A stretch of 64,000 nucleotides of DNA from NCBI GenBank assembly GCA_000146465.1, contig CP001948.1, one strand, 5' to 3'. Of this stretch, positions 59,048 through 64,000 are shown one piece after another (positions within the stretch are counted from its first letter, which is position 1; each line of letters starts with the position of its first letter). The translations under genes and the position numbers were made by a program. The notes below the pieces were generated by a model that had not been told where the DNA came from, searched no databases, and worked only from the letters and a program-made list of their open reading frames with translations.

Positions 59048-59887
59048 CTAGAAAATTATAGGATCCCTCCTAACCAGATTTTTACTTCTGTAATGGTGAG
59101 GAGAATGATGATGATCTAAGTGCACCCTTTTGACCCCAGAATGGGGGTTTCTTGTCAAGACATGTGTGACAGTCACTTCTTCTTCCTTTGGCAAGGTTTC
59201 TTCATACAAGGGGAAGTCCGCTTCGTCTCCTGAATAGCTGGAGACGTCCCCTTGCTGAGAAAAGGAAGTGTTTCTATTCTTTTCTCTCTTAATGGGGAGG
59301 ATGATGTTCTTATTTACATCTCCCTTTGTCTTTATCCTGATGGATGAAGGACATTCACTCTCTGGATGAAATATATTCACATTTGTTGTCATATTCTTTC
59401 TCCCTTCGTTCCTCAGAAGGGACCCTATGTCTCCACATCCCCCGAGGTCTGCAAGCTTGAAGCTAAATATCTGATCGTCCGTATTGACACAGATCTTCAT
59501 CTGAATGGACTCCTCAGGACCCTTGGTAATGCATTTGTTGTCCGTAGAGATTGTGTATCCAAACTCCTTTCTGTCTATGTCCCAGGGTCTTTCTTCTTTG
59601 CACTTCACCACCGAGTTTCCATCTTTGCATATGTTATTTTCTCCAAATATCACAACATACTTCTCTCCAGACTTCACCAGCCTCGCCCTTGTAACAAACT
59701 TGTACTTGCTTGGATTCACATACTTGCTGTGAGACACTAGAAGCCCATTTTCCTCTTCTAGCCCAAGAATCTGTGTGGGATAGGACGAAAAAAAAACCTT
59801 GATGTCTTTTTCAACAAACTCCTCTAACTCTCTGTCCCTTGCGCTAACAAAGATTGACATAAACATCAAGATCAAACCCGGTTCCAT
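59048..59887 (-). CDS. Secreted beta-trefoil (ricin-B-lectin-like) protein
   Basis: Signal peptide MEPGLILMFMSIFVSA at an internal ATG. YVVIFGENNICKDG...KCITKGPEESIQMKICVNTDDQIFSFK shared with the other lectin-like paralogs. Confidence 0.55.
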   Translation of the reverse strand: MEPGLILMFMSIFVSARDRELEEFVEKDIKVFFSSYPTQILGLEEENGLLVSHSKYVNPSKYKFVTRARLVKSGEKYVVIFGENNICKDGNSVVKCKEERPWDIDRKEFGYTISTDNKCITKGPEESIQMKICVNTDDQIFSFKLADLGGCGDIGSLLRNEGRKNMTTNVNIFHPESECPSSIRIKTKGDVNKNIILPIKREKNRNTSFSQQGDVSSYSGDEADFPLYEETLPKEEEVTVTHVLTRNPHSGVKRVHLDHHHSPHHYRSKNLVRRDPIIF

Positions 59888-59993
59888 GCTTTCCAGAACG
59901 GCTTTTCTTTTGTATAAAATCGTTGAAACCACAGAGGCCTGTCTCACCCCATCATGCGATGAGAAGAAACTCTGTTCCAGACCTGAAGCATTA

Positions 59994-61229
59994 TCATTGA
60001 AATAACTTTGGCTTTCCCTTTGTCTCCCTGACACAGAGGAGTACAAATACACTGAAGACTAGGCAAAGACCTCCGTAAATCCCAGACATAACTTGTGCAT
60101 GGTTATAGTTCAGAGGATGTAGCAAGGTTGTTGTTATGAATCCAAATAGCCAATTGAAACTGACTCCAAACTCAAAGCCGGTGGATGTATATCTCGAGGG
60201 AAATATCTCTGCCGAGATTATCCATGGGATTACTGCAAGCCCGAGGTTGAATCCAATAAAGCAGATTATCACTCCTAGAAGGGGAAACCTGTCCATGGCA
60301 AGAGGGATCATTCCAAATGCCATTATTGTCGAAGAGATGATCGACATTGTTTTCCTCCCAAATCTATCAACTATCAGTCCACAGAATGCAGTTGTTATAA
60401 ACGATACAAACAAAGAAGAACTTGTCATCAGGTTGGGATATTTGCTACTCGAGAATAGGCAAGACTGCTGAAACGTCAAAAAGTTGATTCCAGACAGATG
60501 GTGGAAGGCGTGGAATACTACTGTTATTGCAATCGACTTTGCGGATCCAGGGGTCCTGATTAATTCCTTCATGGATGGCCTGGTGTTGAATGTATTTGGT
60601 GTTCTTGGATGGGGACTTCTAATAAATGCAAATCCTATCGTCTGGAGAACAAGGAACACAAGCATTGCAACGAATGGGATCCTGTAGCTTTCCTTGTTTC
60701 CAAAGAAGTTGAACATGGAGCCTACAAAGAGTCCCCCAACTATCCCGACTGGCTGGAGACTGGCCAGGAACCCCCGGATATGGTCTGGAGCAATGGCATC
60801 TATATAAGATGAAATTGATCCAGAAGTGAGGTCGAGTGCAAATCCAAGTATGAATCTGGACGTTAAATAATGAGCAAAATCCAATGTCATCAGCGGGGTT
60901 GCAAACACAATCATATATATGACGTTGGCTACGATCAACTTCACTTTGTCGTTAGTGAAAGACACAAACTTGAAGATAATTCCTGCAATAAATGCACCTA
61001 GGAAGTGTGTTCCTGGGATTAATGCTTCATGGTATATGGTGTAGGTCTTTCCAGTAGACTCTGTAAAGTGATCTTCTATCAAGCCATAGAGACAGGACAG
61101 GCTTATCAGAGAGACCCCAAATGTAAAGGCTGTCAGAACAACCAAGATCAGGCTGGCAAGCTCTCTTTTGGAAAAGACTTGGTGTTTCATCGATGCTTGG
61201 AGATGTCCCAAAACTTTTATATACTTCAT
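59994..61229 (-). CDS. Major facilitator superfamily transporter (sugar/solute)
   Basis: About 12 hydrophobic helices and the MFS loop motif VDRFGRKTM (D-R-x-G-R-K). The start could be the ATG at 61229 or the one at 61190. Confidence 0.7.
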   Translation of the reverse strand: MKYIKVLGHLQASMKHQVFSKRELASLILVVLTAFTFGVSLISLSCLYGLIEDHFTESTGKTYTIYHEALIPGTHFLGAFIAGIIFKFVSFTNDKVKLIVANVIYMIVFATPLMTLDFAHYLTSRFILGFALDLTSGSISSYIDAIAPDHIRGFLASLQPVGIVGGLFVGSMFNFFGNKESYRIPFVAMLVFLVLQTIGFAFIRSPHPRTPNTFNTRPSMKELIRTPGSAKSIAITVVFHAFHHLSGINFLTFQQSCLFSSSKYPNLMTSSSLFVSFITTAFCGLIVDRFGRKTMSIISSTIMAFGMIPLAMDRFPLLGVIICFIGFNLGLAVIPWIISAEIFPSRYTSTGFEFGVSFNWLFGFITTTLLHPLNYNHAQVMSGIYGGLCLVFSVFVLLCVRETKGKPKLFQ

Positions 61230-61242
61230 TTTTGGAATAGGG

Positions 61243-61791
61243 ATGCCGGTAAAAGAAAAGGAAGAGGTTCTTCTGAAGGATATCAAGGAGGATGTTCAGA
61301 GTGTAAGAGACGCAGTTGTCTTGTCGGACGACGTGTCCAGGATTGACGAGTATAACTTTGAGAGTCTTTTTGGAATATATAAAAATCCGCAGCAGCAAGT
61401 GGTCTTTGTAAGGACGATATATAGGCAGTTAGTAGGAGAGATCTTAAAGTTTTTCTCCTCGAAATGTGTTGCAGAGGCAATGACTAACATCTGCATTCTC
61501 GAAGAAGTCTTTAGGAGCCAGAGGGGGTACATTGACATAGAGATGAGTCTGGAGGATGTGGAGTGCATTAACCAGCATGCATATTCCTTGGGAAAGAAGG
61601 AAAACTCCGGAGTGGTGAGGGAAGGTATACGGGCATGGAACTGTCTAAAGCAGAGAAAGGCTATTCGAATATGTGTCATGCCATTTCCAGATGACGAACG
61701 AAGTTTAATGCTTATTGAAGAAGAATTAGAGGCCATATCGAAGACTCTTGATGGTTGGGAAGATTCTAGAGATGGGAACTGTACAAATTAA
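61243..61791 (+). CDS. Hypothetical protein
   Basis: ORF starting at the internal MPVKEKEE; the upstream part is antisense to the MFS gene. Confidence 0.35.
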   Translation: MPVKEKEEVLLKDIKEDVQSVRDAVVLSDDVSRIDEYNFESLFGIYKNPQQQVVFVRTIYRQLVGEILKFFSSKCVAEAMTNICILEEVFRSQRGYIDIEMSLEDVECINQHAYSLGKKENSGVVREGIRAWNCLKQRKAIRICVMPFPDDERSLMLIEEELEAISKTLDGWEDSRDGNCTN

Positions 61792-61984
61792 ATTCCTTTG
61801 GGTATTCCATTTGATAATCGTCGAATGCTCCATCTTCAAATGGCATGTCGATGACATCCAAGTCCATTATAGACTCTTCTGGATGAACGACACATAGCTC
61901 GGGCTCACTGGGCTTTTTGAATGTTCTTAGAGATGATGTGTTTGTTATCTCCGACAACTTTCTTCTGGGTTCCTGACTGCTCAT
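61766..61984 (-). CDS. Small acidic protein, hypothetical
   Basis: 72-aa ORF in a gap between flanking genes. Confidence 0.25.
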   Translation of the reverse strand: MSSQEPRRKLSEITNTSSLRTFKKPSEPELCVVHPEESIMDLDVIDMPFEDGAFDDYQMEYPKEFNLYSSHL

Positions 61985-62030
61985 CTCAAGGGATGAAGGG
62001 ATTTAGGTTATCTGCCACTAGGGGCTAGAG

Positions 62031-63287
62031 ATGCAATGCACCGAGGAATACTTGTTTGACAGAGACAAACAATTGGGAAGGTGTCTGAGGGAGATTCTTT
62101 TGGAAGACTACTGCTTTGAGCTTGGAGGCGAGGAGAGGACACCTTTTGAAATAAAGAAAGGATTTCTGTGGTATGGAAGATACAAGGTTATTAAAATCGA
62201 TGGGGATTGGGCATATCTTCATGGATACAAGCTGTTTGTTGCAAAAGACAGGCTCCGGGTTTATGAGCTACCTCTTGGACAGTCACGTAGTCTTGGGGAT
62301 TTGATAGTGAAGGAAGGTAGTATGGTCTTGGCTGAAAGGGATGGAAAGCGATGGAACTTGGCAGCGATATGCGAAGAAAAAGTTTTGGATGTAGCCTTTT
62401 CAAAGGACAAGGCATGGATATGGTATAGCGAGGGGGAAGAAGAAGAGTACTTGTGCAAGAGTATCTATCTGTTGAAAGATTCGGAATGGGTTAAATGGAA
62501 GAAAGAGACTTATAGAGAGAGTGGAGAGGAGATTCTTCGGATACAAGATATAGTTGTCAGAAAAAAGACGGTGGTACGGAATCCACTAAGAGTATGGAGT
62601 AAAGTATTAATGAATGAAGTGGTGAGCATAGTGGTAACTGAAGATATGGTGTATGTGGAGTGTGGGGGATACATCAGTTTGAAGCCCTGTTGTGGAGGCA
62701 TCTATGATATGGACGGATGCAGGCTTCTTGGGCTGTCTTCTTGGGAAAATATATCTGATCTGTATCTAACACTTCTTCTGTTTACTGACATTGCAGTAGA
62801 GAACTTGGAGCTGGAGAGGATTGAGGAATATCTCTTCAAGCTGTTTGTTTTTACCGAAGAAGGAGAAAGGCTTGTCAAGTGGTTAATGGAATCGGGGATG
62901 GACGAAAAAAAAGAGATGATTGTTTGCAAGCTGTACAGGAAGATAGATGATAGGGGCAAGAGAAAGATAGAGGGATGGGTGAGAAGAGTGAAGAACTTGG
63001 ATGCATTGAAGCTGGTGATTATATACTTTCCAGAGGAAATGGAAAGATACATCCGGATGTGTATAGAGGAAAAGAGAGAGTATGAGATAGAAGAGGTTAT
63101 CGAACACTATCGAGGGAGCGAGATGATGAAGGAGATATCCCGTGTTCTACTTCAGAACAACTGCTTCTATCTCTTTAGCCAATGTATGCCTGAATATGAG
63201 GGAAGCTTTGGAGATGTGGTTCTAGTTGAGAAGTACAACATGGAAAGCCAGAAGAACATACGACTGGAAAGGGATAGGAAGATTTGA
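62031..63287 (+). CDS. Hypothetical protein, 418 aa
   Basis: ORF with an aromatic-rich beta region and a helical C-terminus; no motif recognised. Confidence 0.4.
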   Translation: MQCTEEYLFDRDKQLGRCLREILLEDYCFELGGEERTPFEIKKGFLWYGRYKVIKIDGDWAYLHGYKLFVAKDRLRVYELPLGQSRSLGDLIVKEGSMVLAERDGKRWNLAAICEEKVLDVAFSKDKAWIWYSEGEEEEYLCKSIYLLKDSEWVKWKKETYRESGEEILRIQDIVVRKKTVVRNPLRVWSKVLMNEVVSIVVTEDMVYVECGGYISLKPCCGGIYDMDGCRLLGLSSWENISDLYLTLLLFTDIAVENLELERIEEYLFKLFVFTEEGERLVKWLMESGMDEKKEMIVCKLYRKIDDRGKRKIEGWVRRVKNLDALKLVIIYFPEEMERYIRMCIEEKREYEIEEVIEHYRGSEMMKEISRVLLQNNCFYLFSQCMPEYEGSFGDVVLVEKYNMESQKNIRLERDRKI

Positions 63288-63335
63288 TTTGAGGAAAAGT
63301 TTGCCCTAGATTTAACTAGAGGAAGATTTATAGAG

Positions 63336-64000
63336 ATGAACAAGGGAAAGTATGAAATGGAGTCGGACGAGTTTTTTATCAATGCCATTCTAGAGGATCG
63401 GGAGGTCAATGACTTTTCCTGGGAGTTCAGTGAGATAACAAGCTGCTCTGATATGCGGAGTAGCATAAAGGTTGAGAAGATTGACTCTGATAGTGACGTG
63501 GAGTTTATAGACAGGATAGATGTAGAGCCGCCTTTGTGGGAGAAGAGTGGAGAGGATGATACGTCGTCAGGGAGTAGGTTAAAAAAGAATCTAGGGAGAC
63601 TGGAATTGAATGGAGAGTCAGTTTTGGGAAGAGCAGATGCATGTCTAAGAAGTGGACTTGGAAGCAAGGATCTGGGAAAGGGAAGGGAAGTTGAGAAAGG
63701 AGGTGTGGATTATGAATATTACTCATCACTTGGAGAGGATATTTCGGACATCAGTATTGTTTCAGGGTCGTCGATGGAGGGATCTTCTGATATTGAAATT
63801 CTGTCTGGGGAAGAGAATGAAGGAGAAAGAATGGAGAGGCACCCAGACTCATGCAGTCTTAACAACGACTGCATCCGAGCAACGTTTCTCAGGTCCTCTG
63901 GCGAGGATAAGGAAGATGTGGACAACTCGTTTCCAGCGCATGTGCTTGAAGAGTCTTCTCTGTCGTCGCACGAAGACTTCGAGCCCAAGTCTATAGAGGA
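63336..64000 (+). CDS. Partial ORF for an acidic, Ser-rich protein that runs off the window end
   Basis: ATG at 63336 and no stop through 64000, so more than 221 codons. It is absent from the track because it is open-ended. The antisense 89-aa track ORF lies inside it. Confidence 0.35.
   Translation, partial: MNKGKYEMESDEFFINAILEDREVNDFSWEFSEITSCSDMRSSIKVEKIDSDSDVEFIDRIDVEPPLWEKSGEDDTSSGSRLKKNLGRLELNGESVLGRADACLRSGLGSKDLGKGREVEKGGVDYEYYSSLGEDISDISIVSGSSMEGSSDIEILSGEENEGERMERHPDSCSLNNDCIRATFLRSSGEDKEDVDNSFPAHVLEESSLSSHEDFEPKSIE

Noticed and set aside
1-64000. Prokaryotic-style features: CRISPR arrays, operons with Shine-Dalgarno sites, rho-independent terminators, rRNA
   Set aside because: Gene content (cullin, SUMO, FCP1, SMC, Rad50, Pol II subunits), the spliceosomal intron and the absence of direct-repeat arrays show this is a eukaryotic (microsporidian-like) nuclear segment. 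No rRNA-like sequence was seen.

Overview
The window reads as a gene-dense, intron-poor eukaryotic chromosome segment with microsporidian character, Encephalitozoon-like in architecture. That organism assignment is an inference from gene content, compaction and intron style; it is not a database hit. About 60 protein genes are packed with 0-200 nt spacers, and several abut or overlap by a few nucleotides. I found no rRNA, CRISPR array or transposon. Confidently recognisable housekeeping genes are listed below:

- **Transport and trafficking:** an ABCG-type ABC transporter cut by the left window edge, Sec62, an aquaporin, an MFS transporter, Npl4.
- **Chromosome and DNA metabolism:** Rad50 with its CPICH zinc hook, an SMC4-like SMC protein, RbAp48/Hat2, an RPA3-like protein, Pob3/SSRP1.
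- **Transcription and RNA:** Rpb8, Rpb5, TFIIH Tfb4, the CTD phosphatase FCP1, an ENY2/Sus1-like protein, Prp17, a Brr2/Ski2-type DExH helicase, a DEAD-box helicase.
- **Protein folding, modification and turnover:** Cdc37, SUMO, a type-I DnaJ, a small DnaJ-C protein, a cullin, a 20S proteasome alpha subunit, an Rpn6-like PCI protein, Dph1/2, a Tpa1/Ofd1-like 2OG oxygenase.
- **Metabolism and mitosome relics:** GAPDH, NAD kinase, an adrenodoxin-type [2Fe-2S] ferredoxin, a Pam18-like J-domain protein.
- **Ribosome:** uL10/P0 and eL43.

Features the ORF track misses or distorts:

- **tRNA-Leu(CAG).** It sits in the ~130 nt divergent gap between Tfb4 and FCP1, and the track translates through it.
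- **eL43 intron.** The gene has a 47-nt spliceosomal intron directly after its ATG (ATG|GTAAGT...ACTAAC...TATAG), which restores the canonical N-terminus.
- **eL43 frameshift.** The 3' part of the same gene appears to carry a 1-nt indel.
- **Partial ORF at the right edge.** A >220-codon ORF runs off the end of the window and is absent from the track.

The accessory content is five paralogous genes for signal-peptide-bearing beta-trefoil (ricin-B-lectin-like) proteins in two clusters, 48.4-50.5 kb and 57.6-59.9 kb. One carries a Ser/Thr-rich tandem-repeat stalk. These are the best candidates in the window for a secreted spore-wall, polar-tube or host-adhesion module.

My hand-indexed coordinates disagree with the ORF track by 1-3 nt at 31,840 and 39,816-40,020, and the displayed sequence differs from the track's translation by an extra t at ~39,817 and an extra c at ~40,020. 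Treat hand-derived coordinates as +/-3 nt.
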